Shown here one piece after another: positions 42,069 to 55,560 of a stretch of 64,000 nt of DNA. This DNA is from Mytilus trossulus. Taxonomy: Eukaryota. A program made the position numbers and the translations under genes. Location of the stretch: contig NC_086376.1 of the NCBI RefSeq assembly GCF_036588685.1, positions 60,078,001-60,142,000 on the forward strand. The letters are read 5' to 3'. Position 1 is the stretch's first letter; each line of letters opens with the position of its first letter. Below the pieces are notes generated by a model. It ran no database searches, had not been told where the DNA came from, and saw only the letters and a list, made by a program, of their open reading frames with translations.

Positions 42069-43677
42069 GCATATGTTTTCTTCCAAAAACCACATGAGAT
42101 TTATTTCATCCATTGGGTGCAGATAATGGAGTTAAAACTGCTGACCCTTCAAACTTATTTTAGTTTGTCACCAATTTTTGTTTGGGTTAGTGATGCTCTG
42201 CAATCTTCATTTTATTGTGGACATTCATTTGTTTGTTGGTGACGGTCATTTCCATACTGTTTAATTTGTATTTAATTTTTCTTTTTTTTTTTAATTGTTA
42301 TCTTCTTCCCGCCTTTTTAATAAAAAAAGATGAAGGAATCTGAATTGTACTAAAGGTCCTGGTGATCTTATCTTGCCAGTGTTTACACCTCTTAATTTAT
42401 ATAAACACGAATTGTTCACCTAATTAACATTGGCATAGCTTTATCATTCTGTAAGGGAATGCATCATTTATTTTGATGGGTAGGTTAATTTAGATGTCAG
42501 ATTCCAATTTGACAGGGCTGCAGTTGTTTATAGCACTGTTATGCACATTGCTCCAGAGTCAGTTTTTTTGTACTCTGTTTTTTAACATCCTGTAACAAGT
42601 TGGCAAATCTTTGGCATTTCACACCTCCTGGCCTCCTTATTGAACTCTCAAATCAAATTGTTTGGCAAATGAAGCATAAACTATCTAAAAGGGTCAGCAG
42701 GTCTGTCAATCTTTAGAATGTAACTTACCATTAAAAGGTTATAACATCAAGAAATTTTATTCGAGAATGATGTTAAATTTTCAAAGTTTCTCAGCTCTTA
42801 AATGTATTGACAGCTACCAACCACATTATTTAGTGTCCTCACTTTTAAATAAATAATAATAATAATAATTTTATTTGCAAAAATACACCCATATGGGTCA
42901 AGCAAACACAAATACAACATTTAATATAGACAGATATAAATCTTGTACAACGTACAGTGAAAGCAGCCAATGTCAAAACTTTTTTCTACTTGAAGATTTT
43001 GTTTGAATAAGAAAGCTGTTTGGTATATCCAGGTTATATTATTAAAGGATATTTGCTACAAGTCCTCATACAATAGTTCTGTTTAGACAGGTTTCTTGTT
43101 TACATATTGTTTGCTTTACACAGGTTTTACTGTAATTACATACAAGCAATATCAGCTTCCAACATTAAAAGATATTTTTTTTGGATTTAATGTTTATGTC
43201 TTTGATAAGCTTGATAACTTTGTCTGTATTGGTAGACATGGTAGGTTGGCTCCAGAGGAGTAACCTCCTTAGAGATCACATGGCTTCCTTTTGATACTTG
43301 TTTATATTGAAGAATATTTCAAAGAAAATATCATTTTCAACACCATATTATTATCTCAAGTTAAAAGTATTTGTGACTGTGTCACATTCAAGGTCAAATG
43401 TTAAGTATGACTTTAGACAGTGCCACTTACAAACTTGAGTGTTTGGGTGTGAATTTAGATGTTTAAGAGCCTCTCAGTTGTTACATTCCAAATGACCTGT
43501 TTAATTTGATTGTAATTTCCTCTAATTCTAACCATCAGCTAGCATTTTATGTTTACCCTTGTAAGCTTGGTGTTTTGATAAGCTGAAAAGATATCTAAAT
43601 TTCGTGTACAGCAACTAAAAATTTAACATAGAAAACAGCTGTTGTAACAAACTTTTTTAAATCTTTGTGTTTTGCAG

Positions 43678-43867
43678 TTGGAGGACAACCCACCTTGAAT
43701 GTAGACTTTGAAATGAAGAATACCACCAAGTATAAAGGGGAAATTGTACGTCTCCGTTGTGAGATTTCTGGAAACCCGTTTCCCAAGTACAGTTGGTTCA
43801 AAGACAGCATAGAAATTGGAGATAAAGAGGACCGATTCAATGTGAAATTGACGCCATGGGGTTCAAG
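43678..43867 (+). CDS. Ror: ROR ectodomain exon a: Ig domain, first half
   Basis: (V)GGQPTLNVDFEMKNTTKYKGEIVRLRCEISGNPFPKYSWFKD...KLTPWGS(R); AG/GT; phases 1 to 2. Confidence 0.9.
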
Positions 43868-44839
43868 GTAATAATTTTTTGTATTTTCTTGTAATCTTTC
43901 AACATTGTGTATTTGATTTTTACAAAGATTTGGAAACTGCAGAAGATTGTAATCTTTCAACATTGTATTTTTGATTATTAAAAAGATTTGGAAATTTCAG
44001 AAGATAGTAAAATGAGTGATTGAAAATATAGTTTTAAAGTAAAGGTTAATTTTACTGTTGATGATTTAAACAAAGGAGGGATGCGAGAACATAAAATAAA
44101 CCATTTAGTGGATTAAGATAAATACAAAAATTGTTAAAATAAACTTTTGTTAAGAGTAAGAAAATAAACCAGATGTATTATCTCCTACAGCCTATAGATT
44201 TAAATTAGTCAAAGTAATATGGAGTTAATACAAGGATTATGTGTTTAGGTGAGGGATAGCTATCATCTGGTTGTAAGCAGTTATAAATCTGTTCATGTTG
44301 GCAATATTTAACATCTTTTGTATGTAAAATAAGCAAGCATGTTCGTAGTTTACTTTTTAGGTGTGCAGAAATGTAAACAATTTTTTCGCAAGATAGCAGT
44401 AACTGTTCTTATGCATTTCATTCTTGTAATTTATTTATCCATGAATTACATGCCACTGTACAGAAATGGATTCAAAACAAGCTATAATAGATAAAAAGCA
44501 CTATAACTTCTAATCTTAAATGTTGATGAAAAGACAAAACTAAATATTACAGACAAAAATCATCAAAAGAAGACATTGAAAAATAAATAACTGTTTTCAT
44601 AGTTTACATTATAAGTGCTCGGAACTGTAAACAATTTAATAACAACTGTGGCAACTGTTCTTGTATTTTTCATGCTTGTTGTTTTTTGTATTCTTGAACT
44701 TCATGCCATTGTACAGTAATGGTTTCAAAACAAATAATAACAGTAAATAGCTATTCTGAAAACAAACAAAAACTTAGCTAGGATGCTGAATTATAAAGAA
44801 CATTCAATTAGCAACTTATAAATTTATTTATTTTTTCAG

Positions 44840-44946
44840 ATTGAAGATAGAGAAATCAGTACCCCATGACAGTGGTTATTATATGTGTATAGCTGCTAAC
44901 AGGGCTGGAAACAAAAATGCTACAGCTTATCTACAGATCAAAAATG
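44840..44946 (+). CDS. Ror: ROR ectodomain exon b: Ig domain, second half
   Basis: LKIEKSVPHDSGYYMCIAANRAGNKNATAYLQIKN; DxGxYxC motif; phases 2 to 1. Confidence 0.9.
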
Positions 44947-45641
44947 GTAGGTCAAAGGGGGACAACTATTTTACAACTAAAGTAAATCATAAAGTTCTAA
45001 GATTCAGATTTTTATCTCTCAAACATACTGTTATTTAACAAGACAGTTACTAAGCTTCATGTATTCAGCACTATCACTTTTTTCTTCTTCAGTAATTAAT
45101 TTGAATTCTAGTATTTGCAAGCTTTATCCCATTGCTTTACTATTATCAAAATTAATAGGTATTTAAGATTCAGAATGCAATTTAAATTTCCATTTACAGT
45201 GCCACCACCTGCTTAATTTTAAGGTGGAGTCATACTAAATTATTTCTTTTATCTGTTTGAAAAGCATTAAATTAACATTTAAAAAATATCCCAATATTTA
45301 ATTGTTTTCACCTGCATTCAGCTGATAGTGTCAGAAATAGCTGAACATTTGTTAAGCTATAATGATAATAAGTTGGCTATCATAGTTCAAAGGTTATGGA
45401 GTTTTTAAATTCTTTTATATCTCCATTTGTGTTAAAAAAAACTCTAGTCCATAATAAAAATCTGTTAATGTGTAGTTTTTTGGATCCTCAAGCCACCAAA
45501 TTTTACCATATTATTTTATTTATTTCTAGTTTGTATTTCTTTTCAATTTTCTTATAAAAGATTTAATTTTATATCATTTCATAACCAATTAATACTGATT
45601 TTTACCTCTCTAATATTGTATTTCCACATTTTTTTCCACAG

Positions 45642-45729
45642 AACATCCTCCCAAAAAGGATAACAAGGGTGGAGGATCTAAGACTGATGTGGATTCATCA
45701 TTCCCAGATCTAGGGGATGATACAGATAG
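45642..45729 (+). CDS. Ror: ROR ectodomain exon c: Ig-CRD linker
   Basis: ccacag acceptor; (E)HPPKKDNKGGGSKTDVDSSFPDLGDDTD(R); AG|GTAAGT donor; phases 1 to 2, needed to keep frame between exons b and d. Confidence 0.8.
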
Positions 45730-46920
45730 GTAAGTTCAGTCAATACCAGGAAATATTCCATCTCTGGAATTAAAAGGTTGTTTATTTATACATTTGCATT
45801 CGACAAATGTATTCTTCAAACTGAACAGAATTTGGATTTATTTTAACACATGGTTCAAAGTCTATAAATTGATTATGAAAATAAGAACTCAGTTATTATT
45901 TTTTGTAAATTCTCTATAAATTTCATTTTGAATTAAAAGAAAGTAACAGTAAGAATATTTTTTACTTATCTTCTAATTAAATGAAGAAGTAGAGAAAGAA
46001 AGTGTATAGACTAATCTAAAAATGGTTAAATACTATGACCAAAAAACTTGTCTTAAGTTGCATTTTAAGATGGAAAATTTTCTTTAAAGATTTTCTGGAA
46101 AGTATGATCCAGAAATATATAAAAAGTAAGTAATCATTTTAATGGATTGAGGGTTTGCATGGCTTCTATTTACATTTTTTATCTTTTAATTATACTTTTT
46201 CCCTGACTATTTGTAGGATTTCATACACACTCTTTATATAGTTTTGATTGCTAGTGCTTTAAATTTTAATTTGTGAAAGATTTTTTGATTTTTTAATTGC
46301 AAATTATGAGGGGTCAGCAAGCATTTGCAGCTCTGCCACCCATCTTTTTGAATTAGTACATAAAAATTGAAAAAAAATCTGTGTAAATAGAAGCACATAT
46401 GAAATCCCAATTCTTAATTGTATCTATATATTGTCATCCTGCTTTTTGGCTATTCTGCGGCAGTCATTCATATGTTTATATATATTTTGATGGCTTGCAC
46501 TTGCCTTTTGTGAATTTTCTGTGTTTTCAATTACACTGCATTCACTATCCTCTTCTTTAAAAACTAATTCTATGTAAAATATTTCATCTTGCAGTGACTA
46601 GATCTGATATAAAATATTATTAAACCTGTATAATAATGGTAAAGAGCACGCAAAAGAAGAAAAATATTTAGAAATTATAAAAAACATTGCAAGATGAAAT
46701 TATTAAATTCTGTACATTTTTAGCTCTAATGTGAATCAATATTAATTTTCTATTTGTAACAATACTGTATTGAGTTAGCTTCAAGCTAATTTTTCTCAAG
46801 CTTTTTCCTAATAATGCTTTGCATAATAATTTTCATGTTCTTACTCTAAATGTAACAACTAATAAGACTATTATACAAGAGCTGTTGATCTTTACAATAT
46901 GCAATTAACCCATGATACTA

Positions 46921-47370
46921 TACAGTTAACCTGTACATGAGCAAACCTTTACACTAAATAGTTAACATTTGCCCAATGGAGTTAACCTTTACATTATACA
47001 GTTAACCTTGACACTTTATAGTTAACCTTGACACTTTATAGTTAACCTTTACACTATGACAGTTAACCTCTCACTATACAGTTTACCTTTACCTTTACAC
47101 TATACAGTTTACCTTGACACTTTATAGTAAACCTTTAAACTACAACAGTTAACCTTTACACTATATAGTTAACCTTGACACTATACAGTTAACCTTGACA
47201 CTTTATAGTTAACCTTGACACTATACAGTTAACCTTGACACTTTATAGTTAACCTTTACACTATAACAGTTAACCTCTCACTATACAGTTTACCTTTACC
47301 TTTACACTATAAAGTTAACCTTTACACTTCAGTTAACCCTTACACTAGTTAACCTTCACACTATACAGTT
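46921..47370 (+). repeat. 20-bp minisatellite
   Basis: About 20 units of gttaacctt(g/t)acact(a/t)ta(c/t)a. Confidence 0.92.
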
Positions 47371-48098
47371 ATACAGATTGAAACTAATTTAGTAGCATAT
47401 ACATGGCATAAATATGATATATTCATAAAAAATTATAAAACAAAAAAGACAGAAGAGGACATAAGACTTCAGACAATCAGTTGCACAAATTTGTAAATTG
47501 ATAGAAATGCACCATTCAAATCTTTTAATTATGAATATTTCAAATGTGTAATTTACTTTGATTTGACATAATTTACTAGTTTCATAGTTTATTAAAGAAA
47601 GCTCAGCCGTAGAAGACTGTGTAACAGGAGCATATTATACACAATATAAATCGCAACATATTTCATAATACATACAGCATACATTTTTGAATTATACATC
47701 TGAAATATGTATGTTGTACATTTGTATGCTCATATTATTTTTAAAGCATGTTGAATTTTGTGATAGTTTTTAGTTTGTGTATAAATGCATAAAGGCAAAT
47801 GCTTGCTGTTATCTGATCTTTACATACATTATACCTTAGAATAGAAATGGATATCAAAGAAACTATGAACAGGTTTCTCATTTATGGGAGGAAAGACATA
47901 TTTTAAGAGAAACATGTCAAATAAATGTATAAAATTGGGAAATAACATGTAAAATAGATGAACCAATCTGTTATGGTGATCGTATTATAATTGTCAATAC
48001 ATTATTAAAAAAAAATCATCTTTCCTAGCTGGCAAAATGATTTTAATGATAATATGGAGAAGAAAGAGATTAGAATTTCTGAATACTAACTTTTACAG

Positions 48099-48250
48099 AT
48101 TGAAAGAGGAAAGCAGTGGCAGTACTAAAGATGACAGCAATGGTTTCTGTCAACCGTTTCGAGGAAACATGTGTGCCAGGTTTATAGGCAATCAGACAAT
48201 TTATGTCAATTCTGAGTATGCTCAAGGTGTAAAGGAAGAAAAATTTATTG
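48099..48250 (+). CDS. Ror: ROR ectodomain exon d: Frizzled-like CRD start
   Basis: GFCQPFRGNMCARFIGNQTIYV, compared with vertebrate ROR1 [21 protein letters not shown] (recalled from memory); phases 2 to 1. Confidence 0.93.
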
Positions 48251-48777
48251 GTATGTATGAATTAGCAGTGGCAGAGTCAACACTTTTATCAACAATTTAT
48301 ACATGTTTTTCTGGGAAAGATTAGGGTCTGAAACTAGGAACCTGCATTCATTGCTTCAAAAAGTGGGGGTATACGGTTTTACCTCTGTCTGTCCAACCGT
48401 TATATAAATATTTTTTATCCCATGTTCTCCACTTTGATCAAGTGCTCTAAAGATAGAAACAAATGAAGCAAGATTAAATTTACAATTAATTGGCTTAAGT
48501 TTTATATCTACAGATGGATCACTTAGGCAAACTGACAGTGTCAACTAAGTAAAATTAAAAGATCTCCCTGATTGGGTTTTGGTCATGCAATGGGAAATTG
48601 GCCTATTTCCTTTTTTCCTGCTTCATGATTTATCTAAGGTACCAATCAGCTTTTACATGTTTAGATACTTTTTAGCTAATACTGTCATAGTAGAATGAAA
48701 AAGAGAATTGATGTTAAAAGGGACATAACTCAAAAAATGTACTGTGTAAGTAAAATATTGTATTGCAATCTTTTCAG

Positions 48778-48987
48778 CTGCTTTTACTGTGATTGCTGCC
48801 TCCAGTGATATGTCAGCTGAATGTCAGAAGTATGCCATAGAATTTCTATGTTTCTACACCTTCCCTTTATGTGATCGTCAACATATCAACCCTACCCCTC
48901 GTAAAGTCTGCAGAGACGAGTGTGAAATGCTAGAGGGCACTATCTGTAAAAAGGAATATGTCATTGGTCGACACCATCCAATGATTG
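48778..48987 (+). CDS. Ror: ROR ectodomain exon e: CRD core
   Basis: AAFTVIAASSDMSAECQKYAIEFLCFYTFPLCD...PRKVCRDECEMLEGTICKKEY; ROR CRD cysteine pattern; phases 1 to 1. Confidence 0.93.
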
Positions 48988-49747
48988 GTAAGTTTGCTGT
49001 TATATGGGTTGATATCTGATTATTGGAATATGATTTAAAAGTGGCCCTTTTTAATATGATGTACTGGTTCTTTTGGAGTACCCTTTGTTGTTCTTTTTTT
49101 TACCTTGATTTGTATTGTCTGAATTTATTTATGAGATTTGGACATCTGTTAACACCTGGTGCCTCTAGTTTTTTTAACTGAAATAACCTCTGATCTTTGT
49201 TAAAAAGTGAACACTTCTTGTAACATTCAATTAGAAGGAATACATGTAAAATCTTTTGTAAATAACTTCAAACAGACTTCAAACTGTTTCAGATGTAGTT
49301 ATATGGTTCAGTTTTGTTAACAGTTTGAAGGTTTTAAATACCAAAGCTCCTGACAATTATGTGTATAATAAAAAAACAAGGGATGTAGTGTGACAATTGG
49401 CTGTTTCAGAATCTAAAGCATCATGAGTAATTTCATTGTTCATACCCAAAAGTGAAAAGAACGTTATGTTATTGAATTTCCATTGTTTATAACGTTTTAA
49501 ACCAATCAAAACACTTTAGTGTACGTTTTTGAAAATATTACCCAGAATGCATTAGATTCTGAAACAGCGAATTCATGATGTTTAACCCTCTGGGCACTTG
49601 ACATAACCCAAAGCAATAGAACAGCACTTTAACTGCTATTCTTCATCTAGAAGTCATAATGAGACATAAAAATGGATCAAAAGCACATACATAACTCAGA
49701 ACTAGTAGTATCATTTGCATAATTAAAATATTTTTTTTTGTTTTTAG

Positions 49748-49855
49748 GAGAAGGTTTCCTTCCAAAGTGCTATGACTTACCACCAAGAGGTACCCCAGAG
49801 GGGGATAAATGTAAAGGTATTAATGTACCCATTGATCCTACACAACGACCAGAAG
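49748..49855 (+). CDS. Ror: ROR ectodomain exon f: CRD end
   Basis: (G)EGFLPKCYDLPPRGTPEGDKCKGINVPIDPTQRPE; LPxCxxLP motif; phases 1 to 1. Confidence 0.9.
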
Positions 49856-50464
49856 GTATGTCACATCCTTATAGAAAATTATTGTTTCGTTTTTTGGTGG
49901 TTTTTTTTAGTTGTGATTCACAAAATTGAAAAATTATGAAGTCAAGTATACCAGTCAAAGATTCTTTTGTTAATAATTATAGAAGCTATTCAGTTTGTAC
50001 TGAAAGGTTTTCAAAAAAAAGCTAGTTGTTGAAACACAAATTGCTTGATTTATGTTATTTGTAAAGTACATTGTACTATTGATAATCTGAAGAACACTTA
50101 AACTAATGCATTATAAACAATATATGGAAATTGTCATTAATAACACCACTAAAAGTTAGGTAACAGTACAATGAAAAAGCTTGATGAAATATTGGCAAAT
50201 TAAAGGAGAAAACTTGTTTTATAACTTTTTATTTTTTTTAATTAACGCTACATCTGTTAAAAGTTTCCATTCAATCAGAATTAAAATGGTAGACAATGAT
50301 ATGCCTAGTCAGACACTATACATTGTGATTATATTTTATTTTATTTTCAGACTTCTGTATTATGTATTTGCAAAAAGGAATTGTAACACGATTTTATACC
50401 TTCCTCTAATATCAATATATTGTGTGAATTTCTATGCTTATTTACTGTTTCCTTGTTTTTTAAG

Positions 50465-50590
50465 TTCACACATGTTATGGTGGTAATGGCATGAAATACA
50501 AAGGATCTATCAATCACAGTCGGTCTGGAAGGCCGTGTATGAACTGGAAAAATAATCCACATTTTAAAGGCAGTGAATATCCTGATCTAG
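50465..50590 (+). CDS. Ror: ROR ectodomain exon g: Kringle, first half
   Basis: (V)HTCYGGNGMKYKGSINHSRSGRPCMNWKNNPHFKGSEYPDL; CYxGxGxxYxG..SGxxCxxW motif; phases 1 to 1. Confidence 0.9.
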
Positions 50591-51456
50591 GTTAGTGGAT
50601 GATAAACAATTAAGAAAACAGACATCTATATGCCAAAAAGAGGCTTAAAACAAAGGCATCATCCATAAATTAAGCAGTGACTACCAAAGATGTGTATTGA
50701 GCAATTGTTTCTCTTGTAACTTCTTTTAGATTACTATAAGACTGACTTTATCTTCACATATGTTTAAAAAATAAAAGATTTCATCAAACATTAATGACAG
50801 TTTATTCAAACAAAATTCAACAAAAAAAGGATGAGTAAAGGGTGGCATACATGATCAACAAGCATCTTTGTCATAATCTAGCTCTTTATCACTGTAAAAA
50901 TGAGACATTAAAATCTAAATTGACAAAAACAAAATAGTACAGACATTGGGTTTAACTTGGGACAGACACATTAATTTATGTCTGAGTAAGAAAGTTTTTG
51001 TTGGTATAATCATCATATATCTGTATATTGATAAGTTTAGATTATTTCTATTCCATTCATGATCTATATATCATTCAGTGAAGCAAAACAAAGTTTTCTC
51101 TGCCCTGATAACAGGATTGCATAATATATTTTAACTACATTAAAATATCTTTATAACTGGTCTGAAACATGTAAAGATTTTTCAAATCACACAAAATTCT
51201 GGTTTTCCTGTCAATGTAAAATATAAATATGCTCATCTGATTTCATTCTCATTTTGCTCTCATGTCAAAAACATATGCATATGAGTATTTAAAATATTTT
51301 GGTCCGATTCATGTTCATGTTGAAAAGATTAGGGTTTTGACTGAGATTGGTGAACTGAACATGAAAATGTGATTGTGGGAGCAGGACATTGGTATCACCT
51401 ATGGAGTTGTATGGACACATATTCTTGTTTTTTGTTATATTACATTTATTTTATAG

Positions 51457-51561
51457 GAAACCATCACCTGTGTAGAAACCCAAATGGTACATATACAGGA
51501 CCATGGTGCTATACCGACCCTTCATATCATCATACAGAATTATGTGATATCCCTAAATGTG
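51457..51561 (+). CDS. Ror: ROR ectodomain exon h: Kringle, second half (last ROR exon seen)
   Basis: (G)NHHLCRNPNGTYTGPWCYTDPSYHHTELCDIPKC; CRNP..PWCYT motif; donor G|GTATGT, phase 1. Confidence 0.93.
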
Positions 51562-51568
51562 GTATGTA

Positions 51569-51820
51569 TTTTTATGCCCCTGTTGTAGCTGAGGAGGCAT
51601 TAAGTTTTACCCTTATCTGTATGTTTGTCCATCAATACGTCAGGATTGATTTCCATTCTCTAACTTTAGTTTGCCTCAACCAAATATTTTGAAACTTATA
51701 CACAATGTTTTTTACCAAAAAACTCAGTTCAAGTACAAAATTTGGATTGCATCACTTTTACAGGTCTTGAGTTATTTCCCTTTATAACATTACATGCACG
51801 AGGATCATCTGTGTCTCATT
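51569..51820 (+). mobile_element. Older, decayed HINE-like fragment
   Basis: Begins tttttatgcccc, followed by a decayed GTCY-like tract and a tctctaactttagt segment resembling the HINE internal repeat. Confidence 0.45.
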
Positions 51821-52001
51821 TATTTTAAAATCAAAAAGTTGAAGTTTATGGCAGGGATCATCTTGATCATTGTTCAAGACAGTCAACTATCAAAATGAAG
51901 TGCTGCAATAAAAGCACTGTTCCTATGATAACTGGTTATATGTTATTATTTCATGAGATTGTTGTCTTAGTACATCCATCTTGTATTCCAGATTTTCTTG
52001 A

Positions 52002-52057
52002 TTTTTATACGACCGCAAATTTTGAAAAAATTTTCGTCGTATATTGCTATCACGTTG

Positions 52058-52089
<32 letters not shown>

Positions 52090-53966
52090 CGAATACTTTT
52101 AGTTTTCGCACTCTAACTTTAGTAAAAGTGAATATAAATCTATAAAATTTTATCACAAGGTTTATGACCACAAAAGGAAGGTTGCTATTGATTTTGGGAG
52201 TTTTGGTCCCAACATTTTAGGAATTAGGGGCCAAAAAGGGCCCAAATAAGCATTTTCTTGGTTTTCGCACTATAACTTTAGTTTAAGTTAATAGAAATCT
52301 ATGAAATTTTGACACAAGGTTTATGACCACAAAAGAAAGGTTGGGATTGATTTTGGGAGTTTTGGTTTCAACAGTGTAGGAATTAGGGGCCACAAAAGGG
52401 CCCAAATAAGCATTATTCTTGGTTTTCGCACAATAACTTTAGTTTAAGTAAATAGAAAATAATGAAATTTAAACACAATGTTTATGACCACAAAAGGAAG
52501 GTTGTTATTGATTTTGGGAGTTTAGGTCACAACAGTTTAGGAATTAGGGGCCAAAAAGGGACCCAAATAAGCATTTTTCTTGGTTTTCGCACCATAACTT
52601 TAGTATAAGTAAATAGAAATCTATGAAATTAAACACAAGGTTTATGACCATGAAAGGAAGGTTGGTAATGATTTTGGGAGTTTTGGTCCCAACAGTTTAG
52701 GAATGAGGGACCCAAAGGGTCCAAAATTAAACTTTGTTTGATTTCATCAAAATTGAATAATTGGGGTTCTTTGATATGCCGAATCTAATTGTGTATGTAG
52801 ATTTTTAACTTTTGTCCCTTTTTCAAATTGGTCTACATTAAGGTCCAAAGGGTCCAAAATTAAAATTCGTTTGATTTTGACAAAAAATTAATCGTTTGTG
52901 TTCTTTGATATGCTGAATCTAAAAATGTACTTAGATTCTTGATTATAGGCCCAGTTTTCAAGTTGGTCCAAATCGGGGTCCAAAATTAAACTTTGTTTGA
53001 TTTCATCAAAACTTGAATAAATGGGGTTCTTTGATATGCCAAATCTAACTGTGTATGTAGATTCCTCATTTTTGGTCTTGTTTTCAAATTGGTCTACATT
53101 AAAGTCCAAAGGGTCCAAAATTAAACTTAGTTTGATTTTAACAAAAATTGAAATCTTGGGGTTCTTTGATATGCTGAATCCAAACATGTACTTAGATTTT
53201 TGATTATGGGACCAGTTTTCAAGTTGGTCCAAATCAGGATCTAAAATTATTATATTAAGTTTTGTGCAATAGCAAGTCTTTTCAATTGCACAGTATTGCG
53301 CAATGGCAAGAAATATCTTATTGCAAAATATTGTGAAATAGCAATTTTGTTTTTAATTAGAGTTATCTTTCTTTGTCCAGAATAGTAAGCAAGAAATATC
53401 TAATTTTAAGAATTTTTTTTATTTGGAGTTATCTTTCTTTGTCCAGAATCAACTTAAATCTTTGTTATATATACAATATACAATGTATATTCACTTTTTA
53501 CTACCAACTGATAAATTAAAATAATCTTTACCATTCAGTGAAAACAAGCAGTTTTTTTACATCTTAATATTTTATGATGTATTTAAATGAGTAGTTATTG
53601 TTGCAAACTCCATTAGAAATTTTAATTAAGATTAGTTTTGGAATAAGGGAAAGGGGGATGTGATTAAAAAAATTGGGTTCAATTTTCTCATTTGAAATTT
53701 CATAAATAAAAAGAAAATTTCTTCAAACATTTTTTGGAGAGGATTAATATTCAACAGCATAGTGAATTGCTCTAAGAGAAAACAAAAATTTTAAGTTCAT
53801 TAGAACACATTCATTCTGTGTCAGAAACCTATGCTGTGTCAACTATTTAATCACAATTCAAATTTAGAGCTGAATCCAGCTTGAATGTTGTGTCCATACT
53901 TGCCCCAACCGTTCAGGGTTCAACCTCTGCGGTCGTATAAAGCTACGCCCTGCGGAGCATCTGGTT
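52002..53966 (+). mobile_element. Non-autonomous Helentron-associated (DINE-1/HINE-like) element, copy 2
   Basis: Colinear with 40120-42068, same orientation and termini; differs by scattered substitutions and small indels. Confidence 0.88.
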
Positions 53967-55560
53967 GTCTTTTGTTAAGTTTATTTTTATTCTGAAACGG
54001 CATTGAACGATATTTTCCTCGCTGTTTTACCCGCAAATCTTAACCAACATATAACAATAAATGAGCATAGTGAACAGATATAATATATTACTATAATATA
54101 TCATAATAACTTGACGAAGTCTTTTTTACAAATGATTGTTTTTGTTAATGCATCTTTTGAATTTCCGGCCATGGCTTCATGTTCATTGATTAAACTTTCA
54201 CTGCACTCTTCGAGATTTACCAGATGTTTTGACTTGCTTGTATTTTTGAAATATTTCTTTCCTCGAGAGAATTTTATCTAAAAGGTTTAAAAATATACAG
54301 ATTGAAATGTATTCGTACATAATAACCTTAGCAATTACAGCTTATATAATAACTTAACAGAACATGTGTCATTTGTTTCTAACAGATTTACACTAAAACA
54401 TTTCTTCCAATCAGATAACGAAATACGAAAACAATAAAGTTATAACATTTTCATGATATCAATATTTGTAAAAATGAAAGCTATGTATAATTTTCTTAGA
54501 CGTTATCAGTGAAATCAGGTCGATTTTTTTTAAAAGTTTTTTATTTATCATAGAAAATTTGTGCACCTGCTTCCCAATGAATGTAAAACCCTAACATTCT
54601 CCTCGGGGATACCACGAATCTTATCTCTTTAGGAGTACTACATTGTATCATGGAATAAATTTTGTTTGCAACTGATATTTAAGTATCTTGATTAAAATCT
54701 TATGAACTGCTTTAAAATGCGCCACACCCATGTTTTAAACATTTTCTAAATGCCAAACGTTTTTTGTTATTAATAATGTTTTAATTGACGACGGTATTCA
54801 CGTCATGACTGTTTGATATCTTGATCAAGCCAACGACGTGAAACAAATATTCCATAGATTAAAAATTTGAAATGACATTCGTTACACGTATGGATATTTA
54901 AATTATGTGTTGATGATGCAATTGATAAGTATTTTTCGACTAACACATACTGATAACGCCAAGACTTAGTTTCTTTTAGCCTAATGTGTTCGAAATAAAA
55001 CAACAGCAGATTTCAGTATAAAAAAAAGAATGCATAAGCAAAATAATATAATCGAAAAAAAACCATTTTAACTAAAAATATCAGTTTTGAGGAATAAAGT
55101 TTGTTTTAATTAGTCGAACCAATCAAATGGTCCACTAAGTATTATAATTGAATTTCATTATGAAGCTTTTGGTTGTGTCTACATCTGCTCTGATAATTTT
55201 AGATGAATAAGTTCTAGGCACAACTCCTCTGCATGGCCGGTAACTAATATGTTTAATATTTTCACTCACACCTTTACTGGTCATTTGCTGCACTTCCTTT
55301 AAAATCAGATAAACTAGAAAATCAACTACGTTGAAAAATTAAAAAAAGTTTGGAAATGAGACAACGATACGCCAAATAATGCTATGCGCACTACTTGCCG
55401 GACACAAATTCATGCTGATTAGTTTACTGAAGAACCAACTATCAATACATTACATGCGTCCGAGTTTTTTTCTGAATTAACTTTAACATTTTCAAGCAAA
55501 CGAAGCATTAATAGCTAGTAACAAGGGGATATTTTTATTGTTGCATTTGTTTATTTGTAG

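Noticed and set aside
46921-47370. CRISPR-like array
   Set aside because: Units are contiguous with no unique spacers, and the context is a eukaryotic intron.
51895-52171. Poly-Val and poly-Arg ORFs
   Set aside because: Artefacts of the (GTC)n microsatellite in HINE copy 2.
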